Source: Guillardia theta CCMP2712 (Eukaryota > Protista > Cryptophyta). From it: DNA of 64,000 nucleotides. The DNA lies in contig NW_005434671.1 in the NCBI RefSeq assembly GCF_000315625.1, positions 476,078-540,077 of the forward strand, written 5' to 3'. A program made the translations under genes and the position numbers. Positions 1 to 11,950 of the stretch are shown here, in pieces. How positions within the stretch are numbered: position 1 is the stretch's first letter; each line of letters starts with the position of its first letter. The notes below the pieces were generated by a model. That model saw only the letters and a list, made by a program, of their open reading frames with translations, was not told the origin of the DNA and made no database searches.

Positions 1-919
1 CCAAGAAACATAAGGTCAGCTTGTGATTTTCTCACTTTTTTATAATGACCATGATGCGACAGCTACTCGCAGGGCATTGCGAGCCATATGAAGATTGCAT
101 CACCATCTTCCCTGCGATTGAAGCCGCTTCACCAGGATCTGTGCATGAACGTGCGTTGGTTTTACCAAGCGTTCCTTCAGGATCTTCTTAGCTCTCTTTT
201 GTTGTTCATTCAGTACAGGCAAAACTTTTCAACCCCGTCTGATATCCGATTGTTGTTGTTGCTCCGAACACCAGTGGCTTCCCGATGTGTACAACAAGGT
301 TTGCTGCAGAGAAATCTCTCAAAATTCGAGGAATATGCGCCTCATGAGTTACATAACCACCTATTGCTTGCCAAGACCGCAATCGCATCTCTTGTTCTAT
401 TCATACTGCATTATCTTGCTACATTCACTTTGTTCTCAGATCTGGCTCTTGAAGACATACACAGTAATTACAGCCTTGCTTTATTACATACCATCACATC
501 AGAGACAAATGAGATGAGATGAGACCGTTGGTGATAATTCGATGGTCCAACAAGTCCGAAGATCCGAAAGGGAGTACGTAAAGACAGTTGAAAGCAGGGG
601 GATGGTAGTATGGGAAAGACGATCTGTGTAACGATCTGTGTCAAAGGGTTGAGGGCGGGGGGAGCGGGAGGGGGGGGGGGGGGGGGCGGGAGCAGCAATC
701 GTGGAGGAAAAAGTAAAGCCAGGCTCAACAAACATCCACTACCCCCCTTTTGCTGAGTCATTATGACCGGTACATGACATTCTGAGTAGAGTACCCCAGA
801 TCTACCCTCGTTCTACCCCCGTTTCGAATACCCTACCCTCGAACGTCGATCTGTACCCCCCCTCGCATCAATTTCCACCCCTACCCCATTTCATATCGTG
901 GTGACTCTTCGCTATCAGC

Positions 920-2633
920 ATGGCGGGGAAGGGAAGGCTATGGTGGGGGGGAGGAGCGGCTGCTGCAGCGGGAGGAGCTGTGATGCTGCTACTCGTGTTG
1001 GTCAGCTACATGGCAAACTCGGTATGTGAACCATGCAATTGCTTCTTGCGCTGTCCTTTCTTTGTGCCTTTGTGTCGTTTTTGTTGTTCAACCTAAACCT
1101 TTTCTCTAGTCCTCTTATCTTCTCCTGTTCCCTTTCCTTTTGATAAGCTCCTGCTCTATTCCCTTTCCACGATGTCCCCATTCTGAACAGCTTATGTTCT
1201 CCTCAACTAAACTTGAGTTCATCTCCTGGCTGTGCACCTCTTTCTCGATGAGAGCCTTGGATGTTTTCTTCCTTGGCTTCGCGTGTTTCTCCTATCATCA
1301 ACATTCATCCTTAAGGCTTGTTTTGATCGTTTGCTGTTCCTACAGAATGTCATCAGCACGGTGCAACTCAACCCGAGGATAGCAGAGCTGAGACAGAAGC
1401 TTCAGAACACTGAGAATGCGTTGATGGGAATGTCGGGGAGAGAGGCCTTGGCAGAAGCTGAACGAGCTCAGATGCTCCAGCAGAAAATTGACAGTCTGAA
1501 ATCCGCCCAGCTCGCGCCCAGAGGGAATTTGGCAGCGTTTGAAACCTTGGCGATTGTGCATCCTCGAGGCAACCCTGGTGATCGACCCCACGTGTATCAA
1601 CCTGTGGCAGCTGGTGGGCATTACAGGACGAAGCAAGCTGAGGACTTGGCGAGGAATCTTGCCAAGGCGCACCAGCACGAGCAGCACATGATGCAGGAAA
1701 ATGCTCCCCACGTCGGGATTCAACGGCCAGCTCATGTCGCTCCTCGCAAGCAAATGAGCAAGAGGATTTCCAAGAAGGTTAATCCCTGGTCAGTCATCCC
1801 GAACAAGAAAGTTCTTCACTATGCTCGCAAGTCCCAATACATGGGGCAGTCATTTGACCATGCTGAGGGCTTTGATAGTGGAAGCGACAAGGACATTCTT
1901 GCTCGGGGTTTAAGCATCCTTTCTCAAGGTACAAAACGTGCAAGTGCGCCTGGGGGATTCGTTCAAGTCAAGACGCTTTTGCCGGGACAGAAGCTTCCCA
2001 AGGGAGCTCGTGTGCTGACTGCTGAGCAAGTGAGACTCCTTCGCGAAAGATCGCTTCCTTTGCATGCAAGCGCGAAACATACGATGTTGAACCGCGTCAT
2101 GCTCGACGATGTTGAAGGGGAGGATTCTAGCAATACAACAGCTCCATCTGAACCTGAGGTTGGGGACACGGGAATGACGGCAGCACAGCTTGATGCTTTT
2201 GCCAATGCTGAGGCATCCAAGGCAAAGTTCTTGCTGAACCAGGCTAAGACAGAGCGAAGAAATGCATATGATGAGCTGAAGGAGAGTTCAAATATGATCT
2301 CCAGGGGCTGGGACAAACACCAGAAGGGCGAAAAGTTTCTTGAGATTGCTGAGCAGCACATGCAGAACTCGACGGCATTGCTAAATAGCTTCAAGATGAA
2401 CTTGGCATCCGGACGGGCAGAGCGCGAGAAAGAATTCTCTGACAAGGTAGCCATATTTTTCTTGATTCATTCTTTTTGTGACGGAATGTGCTTAGTTGAA
2501 AAACATCTCTGAGGCCCTGGAAGCAGAGGCTAGCGAGAAACATGGCCTCTATGAGACAGCTCTCCAGGAGGCAGGAGATCTTAAGTTGACGAGTGCGTCG
2601 CAGAATTCAACTGAGACAGAGGCAGAGGCATAG
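920..2633 (+). CDS. Secreted or membrane-anchored coiled-coil protein of unknown function (probably 3 exons)
   Basis: ATG at 920 gives MAGKGRLWWGGGAAAAAGGAVMLLLVLVSYMANS (hydrophobic anchor), followed by a GT donor at 1022. A long exon lies inside ORF 1232..2512 (acceptor ~1346, donor ~2447). The last exon ends with TAG at 2631-2633. Confidence 0.6.
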
Positions 2634-2879
2634 GGAGCAGCTGTAATCGAGGGAGCAGAGGCAGAGACAGAGGGAGGTAGCTAGGAAGGCTAATCGGTGG
2701 TATTCAATTCGGATCGAGACATTCTTGTGATCATGTGTGCAAGCCGATGCCTCGGTGAGTTGTTGTGATACAGTAGAGAACGGTGCCAGTGCCTTGTTTT
2801 CACCTTTTGGTAATATGAAGCATTTTTTTCTTGTATTGTCTCATTCAAAGGCACTCTCTTCAACACTGCATCTCTAGAC

Positions 2880-3961
2880 TCAGACAACCTCGACGGGAAT
2901 CCCCTTGGCAGCGAATTTCTCATAGTTGTTGGAAACAGCCTCCCAGTTCACAACACTCCACCAGTTGGTAATGTACTCGGGTCTGCGGTTCTGTTCACCA
3001 TGTCAATTCGATCGAACGTCCAAACAAAATCAACGGACCTGATACTTGAGGTAGTAGGCTGCGTCCCAAAGCGGAACAACAAATGCAAACAAGCAGCGAT
3101 CAGCAATGTAACAGAACATGGAAGCATCAGTTACCATGCTCCCAGACATCCAGGCCAAGGACAGGGATCATCTTCTGACCCTCGCATCCTTCCATGAGAG
3201 GATTGTCTTGGTTGGGAGTGGAGGTGATAGCAAGTTTTCCCTCAGGGGTAACACCTACACATTTTTAGCCACTTCCCGATGCTGCAATCTCGAGACTACC
3301 AAGCCATGCCCATCCAGAGCCGAAGCGCTTGGCAGCCGCAGCATTGAACTCCTCCTTCATCTTGTCCATTGAGCCGAAGGATGCATCGATGGCCTTCTGC
3401 AGAGCTGCGGAAGGCTTCCCAGAGTTAGCAGCCGGTCCCATCTCCTTGAAGAAGAGGGCGTGGTTGTAGTATCCGCCGCCGTTGTTGCGGATGGCTGGAC
3501 CCGCCTTGATGGCTTCTTTCTGGATATCAGTGAGCTTGGCGGCAGGCTTTCCTTCAAGCGCCTTGTTGAGGTTCGTGAGGTAAGCGTTGAAGTGCTTGTC
3601 ATGATGCAACTTCATTGTCTCTTCATCGATGTAAGGCTCCAACGACTTGTAGTCGTAAGGAAGGGCAGGAAGGCTGAAGGCTCCCTCGGCCTTTGACTCC
3701 TTGGGAGCAAGGAACGATCCTGCAAGAAAGATAGACAGTCACTCTGCATGCGCACAAACTCACTTTGTCCCTCTCGCACTAACCGAGGAGTCCAGCGGTG
3801 ACGACGACGGCGGCCCTTCTGCTCATGGGGTTGTCGTTGGAGCTCATAGTCACTGACTCTTGGCGGAGACGAAGTGACTTGGGAGCTGAGAGGGAGGGAG
3901 CGAAGGCTGAGAACGCCTCAGCCCCTCCCGCGGCGAGCAGCGACAGCATGGCGATCCTCAT
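2880..3961 (-). CDS. sodA: Mn-type superoxide dismutase with a signal peptide + transit peptide + twin-arginine presequence (~5 exons)
   Basis: Spliced product contains [46 protein letters not shown] and LDVWEHAYY. The GGG and NQD residues are Mn-type signatures. Stop TGA at 2882-2880. Confidence 0.93.
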
Positions 3962-4358
3962 AGCGCCTACTTATATGTTTCCTTCCGGCGCGGGCCTGGT
4001 CTTTTACGCCGTCTGACACCCGGCCGGCCGTGGCGCCGGGCCGGGGCCCCAGCACTCAGAGAGAGAAACGTTGAGGTGGAGGGAAAAGGTGGGGTAGGGT
4101 CATCTACTTTAGATGACCCTACCGGTCATTACACCAGTGGGTTGGGAGGAAGATAGTAGGGTAGTCTTTTCCATGACGGGTAGTATGGTATTATACCGGA
4201 TATTTGACCTAGATTGTAGGGGTGGTCTGAGAACTTTTGGGGTGGTGAAAGATCGGAGAGTTTTAAATAGGGTAGGGTATTCGGATTCGTAAATGTAACA
4301 TGGGGGTGGGGTAGTACAATTCTATCGGGCTGTCGTGATGTGCGCGCCAGCGGCGAAG

Positions 4359-4460
4359 ATGGCGGACCTGAACAGATTGATCGAGAACGGAAGGAAGAGG
4401 TGAGTTGAAGAGAAGCACGATGATGAAGATGGAAGGATGCAGAGCAGGGAGTTGAAGAGC

Positions 4461-4492
<32 letters not shown>

Positions 4493-5222
4493 CGACCAGG
4501 CGGCCATTCCAGGGAGAACAAGTTTTCATGTTTTGGATGAACAGAGTTTTGCAGGAAAGGTTGTGAGAAGGAGAATAAGGAGAAAGTCGAATGTGATTGA
4601 AAAACGAAGAAGAAATAAATGAGTTTTAGTTGAGATGAGCAGATGATGTCACATAGATATCGGGCGCCTGTGATGAGGAAGATTTTACCGGATTTGAGGA
4701 AACTTTGAGGAAGCTCGGGTGCGATGTCTCTGATGGCTCGTCCAATCAGTGATGTCAAAAGAAAGAAATGATGTTAGAGAGGAAATAGAGGGAGCAATCA
4801 GATTCGGCTTCATGTAGGGGGACAGGGTTTAGATTCCGCTGTACCCGATTCCATTCACATTACCCTTTAACTAAAACTCGCCCTAAGATGGAAGGGCGAA
4901 GCGACCGTGACCGTCTTTGATGAGCTTGCCTTGCAGCGATCTCATTGTTCTCGAGTTCGGAAACTACATGAGTTGAGGGCAGTGGAGGTACAACACGGGA
5001 AGGATAGACACTCTGATCAAGAAGCTGCTCGAGGCAGAGTTCGCTATCCAGCTGCGCTTCGTGGATGAGCTGAGCGCCCGAGACTCCGTCAGACTGTTGA
5101 CGCCCGACGGCAAGGAGATTGCATACCACCCGGACCTGCAGAACTTCAGGAACGCGCTCGCCCTGAGGGAGAACACGGACAACCTGGTTATGGCAGCCAG
5201 GAAGGCGTACGGCAAGGTCTAG
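4359..5222 (+). CDS. Candidate selenoprotein, UPF0728/C10orf53-like, 108 aa, Sec at residue 27 (TGA 4974-4976)
   Basis: Exon 1 is 4359-4399 (donor AG|GTGAGT) and exon 2 is 4937-5222 (acceptor TTGCAG). The spliced frame reads MADLNRLIENGRKSDLIVLEFGNYMSUGQWRYNTGRIDTLIKKLLEAEFAIQLRFVDELSARDSVRLLTPDGKEIAYHPDLQNFRNALALRENTDNLVMAARKAYGKV*. A SECIS lies in the 3' UTR. Confidence 0.8.
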
Positions 5223-5245
5223 TTGCAAGAGCACGATTGTTCCTC

Positions 5246-5316
5246 GCTCGCTGATCGAATGACGTGAAGAGTCCAAACCTGCATTGCAGGAGGCTTCTCG
5301 CCGAGTACGCCTGAGC
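5246..5316 (+). promoter_or_regulatory. Eukaryotic type II SECIS element
   Basis: ATGAC at 5259-5263, an 11-nt helix II arm GTGAAGAGTCC, AAA at 5275-5277, mini-stem CCTGC/GCAGG, complementary arm AGGCTTCTCGC, and CGAG at 5302-5305. Helix I is GCTCG/TGAGC. Confidence 0.8.
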
Positions 5317-5765
5317 TTCTGATCACATCGAGGGCTCTTCCCCGTGAGCGGCCTTGATGACGGTATCCGCCTGTCTACAGACAAGGCAGTGGGCTGAGGA
5401 AACAAGTTTTACAACTTTCCAACAATGTTCTCGTAACTCATCAGTAGTATAAACTTCAACAGAACTACACCACTTTCCTATCATTCCACATGTGCGACAC
5501 CATATGATTCCTCTCTTGTTCACAGTGGAGATGTTGGCCGGGCTATGAAGGCTTCCACGGTCGGGCCTCGGACGGTCCCGGAGTACCGTACATGATACGC
5601 CGACGGTAGCTTCGGTCTGTAAGTGACCGTACGGCGGATCGGACGGCCCGGCCCGAACTTCGGAACCAGATCGGCAACCGAGTCGGATCGGACCCGGTGA
5701 CCGGGTCGGCGGGTCGGACGCGATCGGACAGACGAGTCGGACTCGCCTCAGGACTGGTCGGCACT

Positions 5766-6467
5766 ATGGCAAGGGATGACGCAGCAGCAGCGCGACCGGA
5801 GCAAGGTGAAGGGAGAGATGCGGAGAGAGGGAGGTAGAGGATAGTGATGGGAAATACTGTAGAAGAGGATGAGGACACAATCAACAGCGACAGACTTCTT
5901 CATAGGGATCTTGAACGTACGAATCGTGTGGTGGGGAATGGAAGGGCGGTGCTGGGGAGGGGGGAGGAGGTGAGGAGACGACCATCAGTCAGGATGAGAT
6001 CGTTTCGAGCACGCAATGCAATCAGGACAAAGATGAGAGGAGAAGTAGACTCTTACTAGGATTCAGAAGTAGCAAAGGAGCATTCAGCCCAAGAAGCTCT
6101 CAGCAACGCATTACTACTGCAGAATGGACAGGCGAATGCCCTTTGTTGGACCTGCTCATACGATAGAAAGGAATGTCTCGCATTGACCACCTCTGACATA
6201 TCTTCAGCACCGGCAAAGGATGAGAAGGTACAACCAGCCCTGAGCTTCAGGACAGTCATCATCCTACACGTTTTGGCTGCCATGATCATGATCTTGGGAG
6301 GGGGAGCGAGCCATCAGTGGACCAAGGAAGCCGATCTCGACCAAGTCAAGCAAGGTCTGGAGGACGTATCAAGCAATCCGATTGTTATCTTGACGGTGGG
6401 AGTCCTGCCCCTCGCCATCGTCACCGTCCGATGGGTGCAAGAGCTCTGGGCCAAGAAAGTAGACTAG
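5766..6467 (+). CDS. Small membrane protein of unknown function (multi-exon)
   Basis: ATG at 5766 is followed by a GT donor. The final exon lies in ORF 6183..6467 and encodes two hydrophobic segments. Confidence 0.45.
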
Positions 6468-6569
6468 CAGGCAGTGACACACCAGGTTTGTGAGCTAATT
6501 ACGTTGTAGTGTAATTCTAAAAAAAACGAAGGAAAAATTGAACATTCACATTATCTAGTTAGTTCGTAT

Positions 6570-8674
6570 CTAAACTCGCGCACGCTTGCAAGGAACCTGC
6601 TCTCCGAGCTTTGCTTTCCGCTTGTCCCGGTTCAGCTCAAGTTTGCGCAACGTGATCAGGTAGTCGCTGGACTTAGTCGAGCTGGAGTCGAGCAGGTAAT
6701 CACAAATCAAGTCGTCCCAATAGCATCGGATTCCACGGTCCAAGAAGATCTTGAGCTGCTCTTCAACATTCTTCTTGTCGGCGTCGCTCCACTCCATGTC
6801 ATCCTTCTCGACAAGGAGCCGACTGACAAACACGTGAGTCACTCCATCGATCATCCTCGAGAAGTTCTTCGTGACCGAGTCCCGCACTGTTCCTCCTCCT
6901 GCTTCTAACACTCGCTTGTATCCCATCTTCCTCTTGTCAGGAGCGAGCAAGATAGCAACAGTCCCTGAAAAACATCCCGTGGTCATCTCGCTCAGATTCC
7001 CGGTGGAAACGAAACACTTTCCATGGTTGTCACTGCTGCTGGCCTCTGAGTCTGAATCTTCGATGTCTCTGCAACGGTTTCTGGTACCACGCCTTGATTC
7101 CATTTCAGCAAACTTTACCTCGTAGTCCGAATCTTCGATCCATTCATATCCACGTTCGTCCACAAACTGCTCGCAACGCAGACTTTCTTCGATGTAGTTT
7201 GGTTTCAGCAGATATTTTCCCGAGGCTAAAGAACTCAGGAACTTTTCGGTTCGTAACAGTCTTCGAGCTATGACATGAGTGCAACTTGGATCATAAGTTT
7301 TGCTGGGAATCAACTCGCCGCCAAGATTCTGAATCCATGTTTTCATCTTCTCGACATGGCTATCTCCGAATCCAGTTAACAAGAACCTCTTTGACGGGCC
7401 ACGCTTCTTAAAGCCCTGTCTAGGATGACCCCTGACGTCTGACTCAGAGTCCTTGCTTCTTGCACACTTCCCCTTGCGTGACGTCTTGTCGATAATCTTG
7501 CTTCCTTTGTTCAATTGGTCAGTCCGCCTTGCCTTCTTCTGTCTTCCCATAATGGTTGTTTCGCACTTGAAATCCTCGCTCCATCCCAACGATGGTGACG
7601 ATGTATGGCCTGTCATATTCGAGTCTGCATGTGCTGCCCTCGTTATCCTTCTCTCACCGTCTTCCACTGGAGTGCATCGAGTAGCGCGTGGTCGGAGGGT
7701 CACTGGAGGAGGACTATTCCGCGTACTACTCCTCGATGAGCACCTAGATGAAACTTCAAGAGTAGATGCACTTGATGCCCTGGAATCCGATCTCGAGACT
7801 ATGCTACACAAAAACTTGCTCAACTTGGAATACGTAATCAGTGAATCCTTGTGAGTGGGAGAACTGTCGCTTCCCTTACTGGAGTTGCTTGACCGTCTGG
7901 TTTCATCTTTTTCTTTCTCCGGAGGACATGCTGCTTTTCTACGACGCCGGGCTCCAATCGTTCCTTGTTCCATCTGCTGCTGGAGCCGACGCGCAGACAT
8001 CAAAACACTCTCGGCACAGTTCGTGAGCTCCATGATCAAGTCGTGCGCGGCATCACCAGACGGCCTGTTTCCCCTTTTGTACCCGAATTTCATGTAGCAC
8101 TTGACTGCCGACACATTTGAGCTCGAGACAAATAGATGAGAACCCAAGCAGTCCACGCCTGACCTCTGATTGAGCGTCGCACTCAACAGAAGCTCCCCAA
8201 GTCCAAGACCCCTTTCACACTCAGTGACAAAGAGTTCGGCTAAGTAAAGCGAGGACTTGTTCTTAGGAGGTTTCTCATGCTTCTTCTCTGATGCTCTGTG
8301 TTTGCTATTCTTCCTCGGCGTAGCGGTTTTAGCCTGCGTGCTGGAGTGCTCACAGCAGACTCCCACGGCTCCAAGTATGAATAAGAGTAGCCAATCAACC
8401 GTTCATCCGATTGAAGTCGTCTTCCGATCACAAATAGATTCAGAGGGTCCTCTTTTGTGAGGATGTACTCCACGTCTTCATAGTCCAGTACAGGATATCC
8501 CGCATCCTCATCCGCTTCGGAGAGCTCAGCTTCCCATTGCGCCATTTCATATCTGAATGCTTGGTTTAGATTTATCAGCTGGTCAGAGTCCGTCAACACT
8601 GCCGGTCTGACAAACACTCCAAGTCTCTGTGCAGCTTCATCAAAAATTATCGAAGCCATCTCAGGATTATGCAT
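6570..8674 (-). CDS. GNAT acetyltransferase fused to tandem BRCT domains
   Basis: ORF 8240..8674 gives the GNAT N-half (VRPA...LIGY). ORF 6570..8366 gives LYLAELFVTECERGLGLGELLL and NVSAVKCYMKFGY (acetyl-CoA motifs A and B). BRCT motifs follow: CTHVIARRLLRTEKFLSSLASGKYLLKPNYIEES and RVLEAGGGTV...VTHVFV. A short intron near 8300-8365 is needed to join the two frames. Confidence 0.8.
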
Positions 8675-10133
8675 TGCACAAAGTTCTGTAACCTTGAGTC
8701 ACAATGTTCGATCTGGGTTCAGGATCCAGTTATGTGCATGTATCGTTAGTGGTATGGGACACGAGCTGGTGCTGATGCCGCACGCAATCTTGCCCAACAG
8801 ATATCCCCTACAAGCATACAGTCAGGAAAGGATCACCGAGATGTCCAACGAATTTTTAAGATACATAGGAAAAACGGGACAGTATAGGCTTGAAAGAAGC
8901 AGAGGATGAAGTGAGCAAAAAGCCAATGTCACATGAGAACAAGATAATGATTGGAGTGACATCAGCAGAAAAGTGTAGCATAACATATCCGTTGCAATGC
9001 TAGCTTGCGCACGCACGCGTTAGTGCTGACGTGCGACAAAGAGGGGTGTGTGGTTTTAGTATGTGTTCTCAACTCCTTCTGAGGAATGGAACAGCAAAAC
9101 ATCACGAAAACACAAACCGAAGACCAAACATGCACGCGACAAAGAAGGCAGTTGAAGCAGCATAGCAGGCGCAGCAGCGGCAGCGGCATTGCAGAAATTG
9201 TTGATAGGGAGGGTGGGCGGGCAGGAGACGGGCAAGAGGAACGAACGGCTTTTTGTACCACCCCCCACCCCTCAAATTTACAATCACCCCATCTTAGAGA
9301 GCAGGAGAGAGCAGGAATCCGCTGTAATCACAGGGTCATGTCCCTTCATTTGGTACCCCTACCCCCACTTTTCTCTCACCTATTTGTACGGATGTCCCCT
9401 AACCCCTGTACCACCCAGAAACTACCCTCCAGTTTATATCACCCTCCTAATCCTTTCACCACCCTACCCATAACCATTGCTCTATGTGCTGGATGAATTC
9501 TTCACCCCTACTTTCCTCTCGTAAAGTACCCACCCAACATCACCAAGATGAACTGATAGGGGGTACTTGACTACCCAACCATACCGATTTTCCAAAAGAC
9601 TACCCCCACCATCCTCCTCTCTAAACAAAAGCATTTCATGATTGACCCCACCCCTCCCTCCATCCTGGAGCATCAAAGATTTAACATCACCCTCACCCCA
9701 TATTTTCCCTCTCAATACCTCTATCTGAGAGGGTAGAGTAGTACCACCCTCTAAGCCACTGTGAATGTCAAAAATCAATATAAATTATAAAATGTTTGTT
9801 TCAATTCAATGGAGCAGTTTTGAAAACTTCAGAATTACAAACGTCCGCACAACTTGAAACAAATTTTACAAAACGGCAAATTTTGTTGACCCTTGTTTGA
9901 AGTCACTTCAACCACCCTGACCCCCTCTTAGATCATCAATAGGACCCCTACAGGAAGATTGAATCCTTGAACCCACCCAGGGTAACCTCCCCTTGTTCAT
10001 GGAGGATGGTGGGGTAGTATAATAGACTTCTGAAGTTTGATGAGGGGGTAGGGGTAGAAAACCTCAAGTCTGGAACCACAAACGATGGATGACCAGAGAT
10101 ACAACCGCGGAAGTGGCTGACCAGAGGCCGACA

Positions 10134-11731
10134 ATGGCAGATGCTGAGCAGATGCCGTGTGATGGTATATACAAGTTGCATTGAGGTAAAGCAACGAGGA
10201 GAAGCAACAGAGAGGAGGCAAAGAGAGATTTAAGAACTCTGTGGCACATAATCAAGTCCTAGGGAATGGGAGCCAGTCAAGAAATGCATTCGCAGGACAG
10301 TATCTGAACTTGGAGGAGACTCCCTGGCGTATTTTCTCAGGACTCAACTGTCAAGAGAACTGGATGAGATTCTGTTGTATCATCCTCTCTCTCATCTTGT
10401 TTTTGCGCCATTCTTCGAGCTTCTTCCTGCCTGCTCTGCTTGCTCCGCGTCCAGGTCTGGTTAGGTGGCGTTACGACCACTCCGGGGCAACAAATACGAT
10501 CTGCAGGCTTGATGGAGAGAGTCGACGTGCTCGTCCTCCTCGAAGTGCGTGCATGCGCAGGAACCATGTCCGATGAGCTCAATCCTGATCTCCCTTGCAG
10601 GCAAAGAGAGGAGGAGGCAGCCAGGACTCAAGAACCCCACTGGGACACCTCCATCCGGTCGAGCGAGTGATCCTCGCACAGGGAGGAGGGTGACCAGCGC
10701 GCCGGTTGAGACGATAGTTCTGGCGTACAACAAGCCCGTAGGATTGATCACAACCCATGATGACGAGCTCGGGAGGAAGACGGTGGCACCTGCTAGCTGC
10801 GGACGGTGTGTTCCGCATTGATCTTGGATGCAGGTGTACGATGACGTGCACGACAGCCTGCCGAAGCATCTGTGTGGCGTGTGGAGGGGCGTCTGAAGGT
10901 GCTGAAGCAGCCTTGCAGGAAGAGGCACAAGTGGCATGCGATCGGCAGGCTCGATGCAGACACGGATGGCCTGCTGCTGCTGACCAACGATGGGGTACGG
11001 TCGGCTTCGTGATGGGGCAGTTCCGTTGAGCCTGCGACAGGCTCTTGTGCATCATGCGACGCATCCCTCGTCCAAGGTGGACGCGGATGTTTCTTCATGC
11101 TCCTCCGTTGACTTCCATAAAGGTTCCGAAGACGTACATGGCACTCTGTAGAGGGATCCTACAGGAGGAACAGATTCAACAGCTGAGGGAGGGTGTCGAA
11201 CTGACGGGAGGGTTGGGGACGTCGCTGCCTGCTGAGGTGGCGATTTGATGGGTGTTCTGTTTCAGAAGTTTCACATTGCACAGATCGTGGTGGAAGGGTT
11301 CGAGGAGAACGCGACCTTGCTGAGAATCACGATCTGTGAGGGAAAGAACCGGCAGGTGAGAAACCGGGAGCGCTGAGAGATGTGAGATTGACCGATGGGG
11401 ATGAAGATCCGGAGGATGTTGTTGGCTATCAACTCACAAGTGAGTATCGGCCCGCAAGGTCATACGCTCACCTGATCGCCAGGTCTTGACACTGACAAGG
11501 TTGTCTATTGGAGATATCTCAATCGAGAATATTGACAGCGGCAGGTGAGCAAGCGATGGAGAAAGAGGGAGGAGGGAAGAGAGGAGAGGGCAGAAGCGCA
11601 GACGAAAGGAAGGAGAGAGGAAGCGTCCTGGCGTACACGTTTACAGTTTTCGATGTCTCAGGTGGAGAATGTTAACGGACAGTCAAGTGCTCAACTGCTT
11701 GAATTATAGCCCAAAGACTGCTGATATATAA
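10134..11731 (+). CDS. RsuA/RluE-family pseudouridine synthase (many exons)
   Basis: Exon motifs include LAYNKPVGLITT, IGRLDADTDGLLLLTNDG (catalytic Asp), VPKTY, EGKNRQ/IRRM and LTRLSIG. Stop TAA at 11729-11731. The start is approximate. Confidence 0.85.
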
Positions 11732-11950
11732 AGGTTTGTGTTGCCTGCTTGCCTGCTGGCCCACCCCAGCCCACCACGCTTGTATCCTACATACTCTCAT
11801 TGCCTACAACAGGATCGCCTCTGATATGTCTCGTCACCATCTATATCTTCTCCCCCCTCGCCCTCCCCCTGGACAACCTCTCCCGTTCCAGCTGCCATTC
11901 TAAAATGACGTACGCAGGATAGCCAAGGTTTGATTCCAGATTCATGTTTC

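Noticed and set aside
1-560. Possible minus-strand multi-exon gene running off the left edge
   Set aside because: Only short exon-like fragments are visible and there is no recognisable product.
4888-4936. Alternative first exon ATGGAAGG with a GC donor for the selenoprotein
   Set aside because: Phase-compatible, but weaker than the perfect GTGAGT donor at 4400. It would not change the Sec call.
5357-5398. Possible second SECIS (ATGACGG...CTGAG)
   Set aside because: Helix II pairs poorly and there is no apical AA at the expected distance.
4860-5405. Minus-strand 181-aa ORF
   Set aside because: It is the antisense shadow of the plus-strand selenoprotein candidate and has no recognisable motifs.
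8240-8400. Programmed frameshift in the GNAT-BRCT gene
   Set aside because: Several GT...AG pairs can restore the frame, so a short intron is the simpler explanation.
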